This document shows positions 51,667 to 63,739 of a stretch of DNA of 64,000 bases, in pieces. Within the stretch, counting starts at the first letter, position 1. The number at the start of each line of letters is the position of its first letter. Where the stretch lies: positions 124,001-188,000 of the forward strand of contig NW_003314298.1 in the NCBI RefSeq assembly GCF_000143415.4, in the 5' to 3' direction. Below the pieces are notes generated by a model, which was given only the letters and a program-made list of their open reading frames with translations, searched no databases and had not been told where the DNA came from. A program made the translations under genes and the position numbers. This stretch comes from Selaginella moellendorffii. Lineage: Eukaryota > Plantae > Lycopodiophyta.

Positions 51667-52799
51667 CAAAGCTACTGTACTGTACAGAAACTGAAGTAGC
51701 TACCTGCTTAGCGAGTTTGTAGGTGCAAATGGTACGCCATATAGAACAAGACACTTTGAAAATCTTAGAGTCTGTAAGCCTCGAACTTGGCCTCAGGCCT
51801 CCTCCTTGTTGGTGGGCATTCCATGGAGCCTCATGTGCCGCAAGCAGGGCCGTGGGGTGCGGGACCATTTGACGGCTGTTGTTAGGGTTTTGGATTGAGA
51901 GGCAAGATCTTCCAGAAGTGGCAGTAGCAGCAGTAGTGGAGGAGCTTGGTCAGGTGTTCAAGAACCAAATCAGGCCTAATGGAGATGGAAATGTGATTTG
52001 AGGTGGATTATATTATTACTTTGAGAGTCTTAAATTAATTTGTGAGTATCAAATAATTTTATTTATAGATTGAAAGAATATAGACTTGATAGCAATGGGT
52101 AATCTCTTGTATGTGGTTATATGCAATTATGTTTCACTTGCTCACAAACATTTACCATCTCTTCATCAACATTTATCTAAGCATGGTAAGTTGATATTTT
52201 TCTAGTTTTGGGAGTAGCCTTCTATACGCATTCATCTAGGACTGTATCTCTGTTAAAGTGTTAGGAAGCTCTCTTTGGTCTAATGCTCTCAAATCTTATA
52301 CATCTATTCTAATAAGGTTCATCATTTGGGGTATATTGCCTCACATCAACAACTTTGCTCATATTGGAGAGTTTATCTTTGTTTTGTCTCACTAGAAGCA
52401 ACATTTGAGTTCAAGGTATATTTACCTTCTTATTATTTTCTTCTAATTTTCCCAAATCTCTTAGAAATCATCATTCTTTTCATCATTTGTATCATAAATC
52501 CTTGTAAAAATTTGTTTGAGAGAAAGCTTAAATTGGTATAAAGAGTATTTTGGATGGTGATGGTAGAATGTATTATGCTCATCATGTTTATATTAATGAC
52601 TACTCTTGGGCAACATACAATCAAAATTTGAAGTGACAACATTTTTAAAACATTTAATTTATGATATTAGTGTATACTTTATTTAAAGAAACATTTTCTA
52701 GATTAATATTAATTAGCTATCTAATTAAACATGATTAATCTAATATAAATATAAAATTTTGAAAAGTGATTAAAATACTAAATGAGACCTCCAAATGGT

Positions 52800-53200
52800 C
52801 TCACTTTAACAAAAATGGTCTTTCCCAGAAGTGGTTTTGTATCTCTATAATACATGCAAAGGTAATTCTTAATCTAATATTGTCATTTAGTATTTGAAAA
52901 ATGTCATTGATGTATGGCTCCAAGCTTCATTGGAATTGTGCTATACTCATGTGTTGGTTGCTTAAAGACTAAGGCCATTAAATGGAGAACAATGCTCTAA
53001 TTGATATTTTTGCAAGATTAATAGCAATCATGAGTGATATTAGATCTATGTGAAATCTATATTATTATGGAGGCTTAGCCAAAATTGTTCCTTAAAAACT
53101 ATATCATCCCATGATATATTAATAGCAATCATCTCAAACTCAAATGCATAGGCAGATGTAGATTTGAAGCTTTGGCATAGTTGTTGCAACTTATTGTTAG
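52800..53200 (-). mobile_element. Decayed gypsy-type gag fragment in an AT-rich tract
   Basis: Minus strand KLQQLCQSFKSTSAYAFEFEMIAINISWDDIVFKEQFWLSLHNNI fits the retrotransposon gag major-homology region; PMKLGA follows. Confidence 0.6.
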
Positions 53201-54792
53201 GAGTTTGTCATTGAAAGGAGAGGAAATAAACTATTGAGATAAAGATGAAAACAATAGAGAAGAAAAGACAAACAATGGAGAAAAAATAATTTATGTTAAA
53301 CACTTTGAATACAAAATCCTAGAAACCCTCATTATATAATGTTTCAAGAAATTAATCTGGGTATAGGTCCATACTAATCCTGAATGCCCATCTATTATAG
53401 TTGATCATATACTCTAGGCCAATTAAAATTTATAAGCCTATTTTCCTTATGGCTAGGTATAATTCTGATGGTTATCTTACCTTTTAATGCGTGGGTATTC
53501 ACGTTTAGTACTTCGATTATCATTGTAATCGTTCCTCTTATGATAATTATATTGTTAAATGGATAGTTTTGCTTATATATTGTTTTATCAACTTAGATTG
53601 TTTGTTGGCCTCTTGGTTATTTAAACAAGGTTCTACACTCTTTAATTAAATGTCCCTCTTTCTTCATAAATTTGGCACTTGATTAATTAGAGTTTGCATT
53701 CTTCCTTGCTATAGTTTTCATTTTTACATCTGATATACCAAATCCCTTGTTTGAGATTGATTTGCAATTTGAAGTTTCTTAGATGATTAGTTTCCTTATC
53801 AATAAGAATTTTTTTTCATTTGACTTCACTATATTTACTCATATTGTTTTATGAAATCTTAGTAGGCAATCATGGCTTTTTTCAAGTCATTAAAATCTAC
53901 ATGAACTTTCTTTATCGCATGTTTGCAATAAATTTTATTAAAACCTTGTATGTATAATCGTAAGTGCATTTTGTTTAACATTATATCTTTATAATGTTTA
54001 TAACACTTGTTGAATCAAGTTGTATATTTGTCAATTGTCCCAAACTTTCCTTGATGAAACTTTTATAATTCATTATAATTTTTTTCCTAGGTTTGTTTCC
54101 ATGGAGAAAGCTTTAAGGAAAAACTTTGTTTGCTTATAAAATATGCCAAGTTTTTTGACATTATTATTATAGTATTAGTTTTTTACTTTTTTTTTAAGCA
54201 TATAAAGGAAAAAATTCTTTTCCTGCCCATTTGCTTAATTGAGCTTAATTGTTTTTGTGTATTACTCAATATGCAGTTGTGGGTCCTGTCCTTTAATTCC
54301 AAAAAAGGATGGATATGTGATGATGGTGCCTATTGCTATTCTTGCAATTGTCATCGTGCTCATCGCAATTTGATAAAAAACATTACATTTTGCAATTAAT
54401 ATAGGAAAAACAAATGTTTAATTTATAAAGGAACCTAGATTATTGTCAAAGGGTAAGGGTTGTAAATTTAGTTCTTCTTTATCTTATGGGGAATCACTCC
54501 AGTTATTTTATATTTCACTACTCTCATATGGATTCATATATTTTGGATAACTATTAAAGTCATATTGGGATTTCTGATCTCCTCTTCATTGAGCTGTACC
54601 CAATATGCTTTCAGCTCACTTTCTTTTAAGTTTTTCTTTAGTTTGATTGAATAATGATTTAGTTTATTTTGAAGGGAGGTTAAGATTAAGGATATCATAA
54701 GTAAGTGCTCTGTAATCTTGTTCTAGATCTTGTGAATACTTTTTTCAAATTATCCTCTGCTCATCAAATTATAAGGGAAATATTATATATCA

Positions 54793-54985
54793 TTATTGTT
54801 TTTGGACTGGGAAGCAAGTTAGCTTAAGACATCTATGAGTTTTCAGTCCTTATGCATAAAATTGTCACTATGTATACCAAATAAAATAATGATATATAAT
54901 ATATAGAAAATGACAATTTTATGCATAAGGACTGAAAACTCATAGATGTCTCGAGCTAACTTGCTTCCCAGTCCAAAGACGATAA
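54793..54985. repeat. Fold-back inverted repeat: 75-bp arms, 43-bp spacer
   Basis: 54793-54867 is the reverse complement of 54911-54985 with 4 mismatches by manual alignment. Confidence 0.95.
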
Positions 54986-56450
54986 GGAATATCTGAAAGA
55001 GGCTAGGTAGGTACTCTGATTACAAATATATATGGCTGTATTAATCGCCTCAACCCAAAATGATAGTGGCATTCCTATGTGAATAAGCATGCTATGTGCA
55101 CTCTCCATAAGAGTCCAGTTCATTCTTTCAGCAACTCCATTTTGAGCAGGACTATCTAGAGCTGTAAACTGCTGCTCACTCTCATTGCACAGCTTCATAA
55201 AATTTCGTGACTTGTACTCGCCTGTAAACTTGAATTCTTGTGCATGTGCTTGATCTCTGGACACTACTTTGAGGGTGCCTTCATGCCCATGGCCTAGACG
55301 CTCATGTCACAACTAGAGATTACTCACTTGAGTTGAGAGCACTCGATTTGGCTGCTTATCTGGAACAACCATGGTGGCATTGAGTTTATAAAGTCCAGAA
55401 TATCATTGTCCATAAGCCACTGCTTGATCTGTCTTCTCTTCTCACATAATAGCCTGCTTGGCATTTAGAAACCAAGCCTGGAACAAAATACATGTTCCTG
55501 ATATGTCATAGCTCTCCTGAGGCCAGCTTTACTTGAACTGTGCCCACTACTACAACTGAAAAGAAGACTCTGGTTTCCTAAACCAACCTGTCTGCCTGTA
55601 GAAATTTTCCTGAGATTCAGGAAAGCTTCTCGTCTGCCTGTCATGTGCATATTTGCTGCTGTGTCCAGCCACATTATGTCTTGATCCTGCTATTGAACAA
55701 ACACAGGTTCTGGAATAGCTCTTACCATGAGAGCTCTTGATTGGTTTGTATAGCCAGTCTTGGCGTTCTTTCTCCCCAATCCTTGAGGACGCCCTGCTAA
55801 CCTGTCTCAGCATTCTCTGGCATAGTGTTCAACCCACTTACAATAATTGCACTCACCTTTACACTCGCATGAGTTGCTGTCTCCAACATTGCTAGCCCTG
55901 AAACTGCTTGTAGTGTTTCTCACACCAGCCTTGAAACTGCTAGTGTGACCTCCTCTACCTGGAGAATTCTTTGTTTGCTTTGAGTTGACAAACAAAGCTA
56001 TGGTTGTGGTTGTATCTATGCTTCGGCTGATTCTTCTTCATTGATAAGAGCTGCTTGCATTTCAATGAAGGTTTTCATTGAGTTCTTGAGCATAGTCTTC
56101 AATGATTTGAATTCTGGGCAAACCAAAGCATTGAGAAGAACTGCTCGCTTATCATTCTCAGTGACTGCTTCACCTAGACTTGACAGCTGGGAGAGCACCG
56201 ACTTCAGCCTTCCTAGAAAAGCTAAGGCAAAATGTTTAGACTTTAACTCAGCCTTTGAAGTCTTTGTGTTGCTTGGTTCCCGAATACATTCTTCAAGGCT
56301 GTCCAATTCTCTTCTGCAGTCTTCATGGTATCCAGGTGGTGGTGGTGCAATTTTCCCAAGCCAATCCCCATGGTGGAGATTGCTTATCATTTCTGACCTA
56401 CCATTTGTCTTAGTTGCTTGCTGCTGACTTAAGCTCTGTCCCCTAGACAA
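54911..56450 (-). mobile_element. Truncated Ty1/copia gag-protease-integrase
   Basis: LSQLSSLGEAVTENDKRAVLLNAL (gag), CNYCKWVEHYAREC (zinc knuckle), WLDTAANMHMTG (protease), HERLGH, PAQNGVAERMNWTL..FWVEAINTA.Y (integrase), PYRLWTGK. RT absent. Confidence 0.9.
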
Positions 56451-57024
56451 CTCGAAGACAATTGTCCTAGAGAAAGATGAACGAAATCACCTCCCCTTAA
56501 ACACCATCCTGATTCACTCTCTCTCTGCTTACCTGACTTAGGCCTTCTTTTTGGTTTTTCTCTAGCACACTCCCTCTCTCGTCTATCACCGTTGCGCACT
56601 CCCACCCGTGGCTATCACCCACCCACAGCTCCTGCCCACCCGCTCGCCCTCATGGCTCCAAGCCGCACTCTTACCCACCTTAAAGCAAGAAATATTAATG
56701 ACTTTCAAGTAAAATTTGATAAGGACAACACTCATAAATCCTATGTACAATCCTCTTCAGATCCAGCTACATGGTATCTTATTGTCGAAGGTGAAGAACA
56801 CAATGATTAGGCTTTTTTGATTTGGTGTAATTATCCATGAGTAACCAAAGAAAACTTTTGCAAGCATCAAGCAAAAGCTATTAAATTAAAATAAGGAGAG
56901 AAAACTGATTGGACTACAACTAGTTATGAAGTTCAACTATCATAATCACATGCAATCTTAAAACATGGGTTAGATGATTTATTTTATTATCATCAAGATT
57001 TTAAAGCACTTTACTTTGAAGCTA

Positions 57025-57295
57025 TAATAGAGGTAATTCACTTATTAATTAAAATTTTGAAATATCCATCAAAATGTTTATCATGAGCAAGAAATTTAGT
57101 TAGAGACTACATTAGAGGTAAATTAGCATATTTTATATACTAATATATATATGAATATTGAGCAAGAAGATATCCATCAAAATATATAGCATCAACAAGA
57201 AATTCAACTAAGGACTACTATAGAGGTAATTTACACTAAAGAAATTTTAAATATTGATATGAACTTTGAGCAAGAAGATATCACTCCATCAAAAG
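57025..57295 (+). repeat. Degenerate AT-rich tandem repeat, ~85-110 bp period, about 2.5-3 copies
   Basis: Recurring tagaggtaa, gagcaagaagatatc, ccatcaaaa and gactac blocks. Confidence 0.65.
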
Positions 57296-57440
57296 TTACA
57301 AAAACAATATTATAGTAAAAGATGATGGATATCTTATAAAATCTTCCTGATGAAGAAACTTTTTTATCTATGGTTGACAACAATTTAGAAATGATATAAC
57401 AAAAGGTTGCAACCTTTAAAGTTAGGCCAGACGATTTTAT

Positions 57441-59106
57441 TATGAGACACAAATCCCTAAGCCCCAAAGTGGAGCCGAAAAGGTGCCACATGGTAGTGGC
57501 CGAAGCAAAAGCCAAATGAGTGTAACACGTTTGGAGTAAATGCTTCAACTTGAAGAGTCGAGAGTAGGAGTGGAACTCCCGACAGAGTGTTCAAGGAAAG
57601 AGCATGAAGTAAAGAATAAGAGAGTCTCTAGAAAAAGGACACAAGAGGATTTGAGATGGAGTCTGAGATGGACGCGAGATGGACCCCAAATGGAGTCTAA
57701 GATGGATCCGAGGTGGAGTCCGAGATGGAGTCCAAGATGGACCCAAGATGGAGTCCGAGATGGACCCGAGATGGAGTCCGAGATGGACCCAAGATGGAAT
57801 CCGAGATGGAGTTTGAGATGGACCCGAGATTGAGTCCGAGATGGACTGAGATGGAGTCTGAGATGGAACCGAGATGGAGTTTGAGATGGACCTGAGATGG
57901 AGTCCAAGATGGACCCGAGATGGAATCCAAAATGGAGTCAGAGAAGGACCCGAGATGGAGTCCGAGGTCGAGATCGAGACCGGGACCGGGACTGAGACTG
58001 AGACCGAGACCGAGGCCAAGGCCAAGTCCGAGTCCAAGTCCGAGTTCGAGTTCAAGTCCGAGTTTGAGTTTGAGTCCAAGTCCAAGTCCAAGTCCGAGTT
58101 CGAGTCTGAGGGTAAAAGCCCAAAGCATTCGTCTCCCAAACCCTAGGGGGTTTGGTGAGCTCCAAAAGTATAGTAGGGGGAGGACTCCAGTGGAGCTAAT
58201 TTGGCCAGAAAAGGCTAGTTTAGCCTAGGAAAGCCATACCTAGGTGTTAAGTGATGGGATAACCATTAGGAAGTCCAAGGCTAGAGTGAATACAGACCGA
58301 CAAGTGGGGTAGCTTGGTGAAGTGTTCAAGAGCTGGCTCTAGCTCCCCCTGAAAGATCAAATGGTCAATGCTCCCAGTCTAAGAGTGGGTGGCACTACCT
58401 ATTTGGATACCTGGCATGGCTCAATGGAACCTCACTCTAAGCCTATAGCTAGAGCACCAAAAGGTGAAAGGTGGGAAGAGTACCCATAAGGCTTGTGTAG
58501 GGCCATGGTGTTCCAAAATGTTGTCCCAAAGTCCCAGATTGTAGAAAGGAAGAGGAGCAGTCCTTGGGTGTAGTGACTAAGGATATGGTCATGTGGTGAA
58601 GAAGTCCAAGAGGACTGTAGGACTCAGTGGTCAGGCCTGTAGGCCTTGATCCAGAGGCAATGTTGGCAAACACGGCTATGGACAGAAAGGAACTTAGTGG
58701 GGACAGAAAAAAGGATATTAAGGAAGGCTGTTCCCCATGTCTGTGGGCATTTTAAGGATGCTAAGAAGTCGATCTAAAATGGTCACTCATGGATGAATGG
58801 CCCAATCTTTGAGAGACGGGACTGTGATGTAAGTGGTGTTGGACCACCAGTGTGACCAAGGTGAATGAGTATGGCCTTAGCATAACGGGTTGGTATGTTA
58901 GTGGTACCTTGGGGTGTCGGTCATGGGATCGGACACGTGGAACACTTGGACCAAGTGCAATGGTTGAGTGGCATGGATGCCATTCTTGGAGTTAGCAAGT
59001 CCCTAAGTCTAGAATGGGATTTATGGAGGTTATGAGTGAAACTCCTCCAAATAGTTGGAGGTGTGGTTAAGTGACTAAAATAGAATGGAAAATTTAGTTG
59101 CTTACA
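57441..59106 (+). mobile_element. LTR copy 2, solo LTR (~1.67 kb)
   Basis: TATGAGACAC..TTGCTTACA; flanks TTTAT (57436-40) and CTTAT (59107-11) form a 4/5 target-site duplication; no PBS. Arrays at ~57650-58110. Confidence 0.88.
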
Positions 59107-59684
59107 CTTATTCATTTTGTAGCAGAATTTCAACAAAGCATTGATAATTATGGTACATTATTGAAATAGGCAAAACTTTTGGTAGAAAGAATTATAGGTA
59201 AAAGAAAAGCTTCTAGTAGTCCAAAAGCAACTCCTTCTACTAAGTAGAGGAAGACAAGAAAGAAAAACTCTTTAAATGAAAAACTCAATCTTTGTAAAGA
59301 ATAAATAAAAAAACAAACCCTTTATATACTTATATTGCATATATTTAAATTTTTGAGAAAATTTCATGGAATGACCACTCCTAATGGTCATCCATGACAT
59401 GTAAAGCATGTAGAAAGGCATCCACGTGTGTGCTGATTAAAATTTGGCTGTGTTGGGGCTGTGGCCACGTGGAAGTAATTAGGGCGCATGCTGGGCGCAT
59501 GCGGACGTGCGGTGTAGGCGGGAGCCGTGAGGGCAGGCGGGTGGGCAGGAGCCACGGGCGGGTGATAGCCGCAGATGGGAGTGCGCAGCGGCGACGGATA
59601 GGAGAGGGAGTGCGCTGAAGAAAAAACAAAAAGAAGGCCTAATGCCACATCATTGCTATGTAAGCGGAGAGAGAGTGAATTAAG

Positions 59685-59818
59685 ATGGTGTTTAACGGGA
59701 GGCGGCAATATTGATCCCTCTCTTTGCAGGCACAGATTTTGAGAATTGGGATTTCATTGCCTCCCATTAAACACCATTCTCAAAATCTATGCATGTAAAG
59801 AGAGGGATTGGAATTGCC
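59685..59818. repeat. Interlocked inverted repeats A-B-A'-B'
   Basis: A 59685-59703 pairs with A' 59759-59777 (18/19); B 59704-59746 pairs with B' 59776-59818 (36/43). Confidence 0.9.
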
Positions 59819-61735
59819 TTAGTTGTGGTAATTTCTTCTACAATTTCCAGCACGCTCTAGCCGTGATCTTGATTTCCCCTAACTACCACTTTTTCATTTT
59901 CTCCATGTAAATATATACAAGTCTTGTGTCTGCTCATTTCAGCATCCACATGAATCTCTTGCCACCTTGGATTAGACTCCAGGCTGGCTATCTACACTGA
60001 TGCGTCTCAACAGCGAGCCTCTCCCGACGGTTTATCTCTTGCATGAGATGCAGAGACGAGGTAGGGGACTTCGAAAATAGTCTCAGATTTGCGTCTCCCA
60101 TGTCGACCCAGGAAATATTTGTGAGTTTGTGGAGAGATACAACACACAGCACACCAAGGAGACCGACACTGCAACTTCAAAGCCAGAGGACGTTATGCTC
60201 AGGCACGAGCTCGAGTCCCGAAGGCCAGGGACGAAGAAGAGAGTTCTACCTCAGACGGAGTAGAGGCACGACTGGACGAGCTAGTAGCAAGACTGGACAA
60301 AAGGCTGGATGAAAACACTCAGGCAGCAGCGACTGGACTGGAAGAAATTCCTCGGCCGTGGACAGAGGACACGAAGCTGCTCGTGCTCACACCAGAGGGG
60401 ATCAGCTTGGAAGTCTCGGAAGTGACGAGCCCGAGGTTGGTGTTTTTTGACATAACTACTCAGACAAATGTTTTGCAACTTTGTAAATGTATTCATTTCT
60501 TTTCGAGGAAACCACAGAGTGCTTTGTGTAGATCGTCTCTTTCGCCACTGCCAAAACATACACTTCCATCTACCCCTGGAACGTTGTTTTATGGCATGGC
60601 GTTGCAAAAACAAAAGGAAGTTAGAGAAACCTTAAAGAAAACTAAAGAGAACATAGACCTGGAAGGTTGAAGCCCCGGTAGTTCGTTGAACAAACATTTT
60701 GATTAGAACAAACAGCTCATGAACCTGTTAAACTTCGAGTTCCATTTCGTTGAACAACAAACATCCTAGTTAGAACAAACAGTATACGAGTAGATCCAGG
60801 TGTCTTTTCTTGTAAATTCAATCATTGTTTTCATTGAGGTTGGACCATTGTCATGTACATCTTCAGCTGGATTGAAGATCGCAGGTGCCCAACGTTGTCT
60901 CTCAGCTCCCAGGTCTTGTGTTGAGCGCAGCAAGAACATACTCAAAGCGCTCCAATCTAGTAGCATTTTTCTTCTTGGACACAGCAATTTTTAAGGTGCA
61001 ACAATCAAGGATAGGAGCAAAACACTAGTGGCTAAGAAAAAAGTCATAGGAATCATGGGAAAGAATCCAAATAGCAAAGTTAAGCCAAGGACACTAATGT
61101 GTTAGGTGCTAACGGATTGTGGGAAAGGCAATGTGTTTCCAAAGGATGGATTCCCAATAGCTCCGATTTGGCGAAAGTGAAAGTTCTAAGGGAGGGAACG
61201 GTAAAGTAGCCAAATGATAGGGCCGTGGACAACCCTAGCATGAATTATGATAACTGGAACTTAGTGCCAAAGGTGGCACAAAATAGAAAAGAGGATGATA
61301 GGACCCTCAAGTAGAGAACTTCTAAGGACAGGAAAGTGGAGTTGCACAATATGTGTAATGCAAAGTGTTGGAAATACCCAAGAAATCGACTTCGAGAAGT
61401 CAAAATTAAAAGTTCTAAATGTGCAAAAGTTATATCGATAAAAACTAAGACTACTCAAGAATGAGTAGTGTGATTGAGATAGAGAAGGTGTCTCTAAAGG
61501 GTTTAGTGAGAACTAAACCAATAAAAGGAGAGAACCACTACAAGTGGTCAAATGAGTCTCTATATTGAAAAGACTATGCTCCTTAAAAGATGGACAAGGC
61601 ATGGTGAGCCTTCGATGTCAAACCATTGACAAATATTGGCTAAATGCCAAAGATGGAAAGGGTAATACATGCTAGTATTACTTCATAAAATGGTTTATCA
61701 TTCGATGAGGGCATCAAACTTCATCTATGTGGAGT

Positions 61736-63407
61736 CGTGAGACACAAATTTCTAAGCCCCAAAATAGAGCCAAAACGGTGCCACGTGGTAGTGGCTAAAG
61801 CGAAAGCCAAACAAGTGTAACACGTTTAGACTAAAAGCTTTGACTTGAAAGGTCAAGAGTGGGAGTGGAACTCTTAACAATATATTCGAGGAACAAGCAT
61901 GAAACGAGCAATAAGTGAGTCTCTAGAAAAGGGACACAAAAGGACCAATATATGACACGTGGAAGTGTCCAAAAAGGAGTTTGAGACGAAGTTCGAGATG
62001 GACCCAAGATAAAATCCAAGATGGACTTGAGATGGAGTCTGAGATGGACTCCGAAATGGACCCGAGATGGAGTCTGAGATGGACCCGAGATGGACCCGAG
62101 ATGGAGTCTGAGATGGACCCAAGATGGAGTCCGAGATGGACCCGAGATGGAGTCTGAGATGGACCCGAGATGGAGTCCGAGATGGACCCGAGATGGAGTC
62201 TGAGATAGACCCGAGATGGAGTTCGAGATGGAGTCTGAGATGGACCCGAGATGGAGTTCGAGATGGAACCGAGACCGAGACCGAGACCAAGACCAAGACC
62301 AAGTCCGAGTCTGAGACTGAGACCGAGTCCAAGTCCGAGTCTGAGACTGAGACCGAGTCCAAGTCCGAGTCTGAGTCTGAGTTTGAGTCCGAGTCTGAGT
62401 CTGAGTCCAAGTCTGAATACTAATACAGGCTGTTGGGTGAAAGCCCAGAGCGATCGTCCCCCGGGGGGGGGCTCCAAAAGTATAGTAGGGAGAGTGTGGG
62501 GGTTACCCCAGTGGAGCCAATTTGGCTCAGAAAGGTTGTACCCAAGTGTTGGGTGATGGGATAACCACTGGAAAGTCTAAGGCTAGAGTGAATATGGACT
62601 AACAAGTGGGGTAGCTTGGTGAAGTATTCAAGAGCCGACTCTAATTCCCTCGAGAGATCAAATGGTCGATGCTCCCAGTCCAAGTGTGGGTGGCACTACC
62701 TACTTAGATACCTGGCGTGGCTCAACAGAACCTTGCTCTAAGACCATGGCTAGAGCACCCAAAGGCGGAAGGCAAAGAGAGTACCCACAAGGCTTGCGTA
62801 GGGCCACGGTGTTCCGAAATGTTGTCCCAAAGTCCCAGATTGTGGAGAGGAAGAGGAGCAGTCCTCGGGTGTAGTGACCAAAGATATGGTCATGTGGTGA
62901 GGAAGTCCCAGAGGACTGTAAGACTCAGTGGTCAAACCTGTGGGCCTTGATTCAGAGGCAGTGTTGGTGAACATGGCTATGGACAGAAAGGGACTTGGTG
63001 GGGACTGAAAAAGGGATATTGGGGAAGGCTATTCCCCATATCTATAGGCATCTTAAAGATGCTAAGGAGTGGATCTGGGATAATCACTCATGGATGGATG
63101 GCTCAGTCTTTGAGAGATGGGACTATGATGCAGATGGTGTTAGACCACCGGTGTGACTAAGGTAAAGGGGCATGGCTTTAGCATAACGGGCTGATATGTC
63201 AGTGGTACCTTGGGTTGTCGGTCATGGGCCTGGACACATGGAACACTTAGACCAAGTGCAAAGGTTGAGTGGCAAGGATGCCATTCTTGGGGCTAGCAAG
63301 TCCCCAAGTCCGGAATAGGACTTGTGAAGGTTGTGAGTGAGACTCCTCCAAGTGATCGAAGGTGTGAATAAGTGACTAAAGTAGAATGGAAAATTTAGTC
63401 ATTTACA
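61736..63407 (+). mobile_element. LTR copy 3, probably solo (~1.67 kb)
   Basis: CGTGAGACAC..CATTTACA; colinear with the other copies; no PBS; flanks GGAGT/GAGGT match only 3/5. Arrays at ~61975-62415. Confidence 0.85.
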
Positions 63408-63739
63408 GAGGTGCACCTTTGATTGTCCTTGAGGAGTACTTGGATTTGGGATTTTGGTTTACATCTAACTTTTGCATTGTCTAAATCTAGTTTTTTCCAT
63501 TTCCTTTCTTTTGTTCTTTTCTTTCAGGATTTTGGTTTAAATCTAGCTTTTTGCATTGTTTAGATCTCCCTTTTTTTTCTAGCTTTTTATCATTTCTCTT
63601 CTTTTGCTCTTTCATTTTCGTTCGTCTTTATGGTAGATCAACAATCTCTTCCTTTGACTCTAGAGCAATAGTTGGTACAATTGCTTGATGCTATGTGCTT
63701 GCAATTGAACAACTAAACTTAGTTGATGGTGGCATTCAT

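Larger units (their letters stand above)
56466..59730 (+). mobile_element. Candidate internally deleted Mutator-like element: ~200-bp inverted arms, SWIM zinc-finger remnant, nested solo LTR
   Basis: 56466-56668 and 59507-59730 are diverged reverse complements. 56670-56890 reads HLKARNINDFQV..VQSSSDPATWYLIV..WCNYP*VTKENFCKHQAKAI, a CxC..CKH SWIM remnant. No target-site duplication found. Confidence 0.5.

Noticed and set aside
57650-58110. CRISPR-like array (also 43968-44290 and 61975-62415)
   Set aside because: Units are contiguous 6-12 bp tandem repeats with no unique spacers, inside eukaryotic LTRs, with no cas genes.
61000-61735. Purine-rich tract as retrotransposon gag-pol
   Set aside because: Composition fits decayed transposon sequence, but no diagnostic motif could be read.
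61874-62477. Ser-Asp repeat ORFs resembling bacterial SD-repeat adhesins (also 57545-58228 and 43937-44429)
   Set aside because: Stop-free readings of the LTR tandem arrays in several frames, with no other domain.
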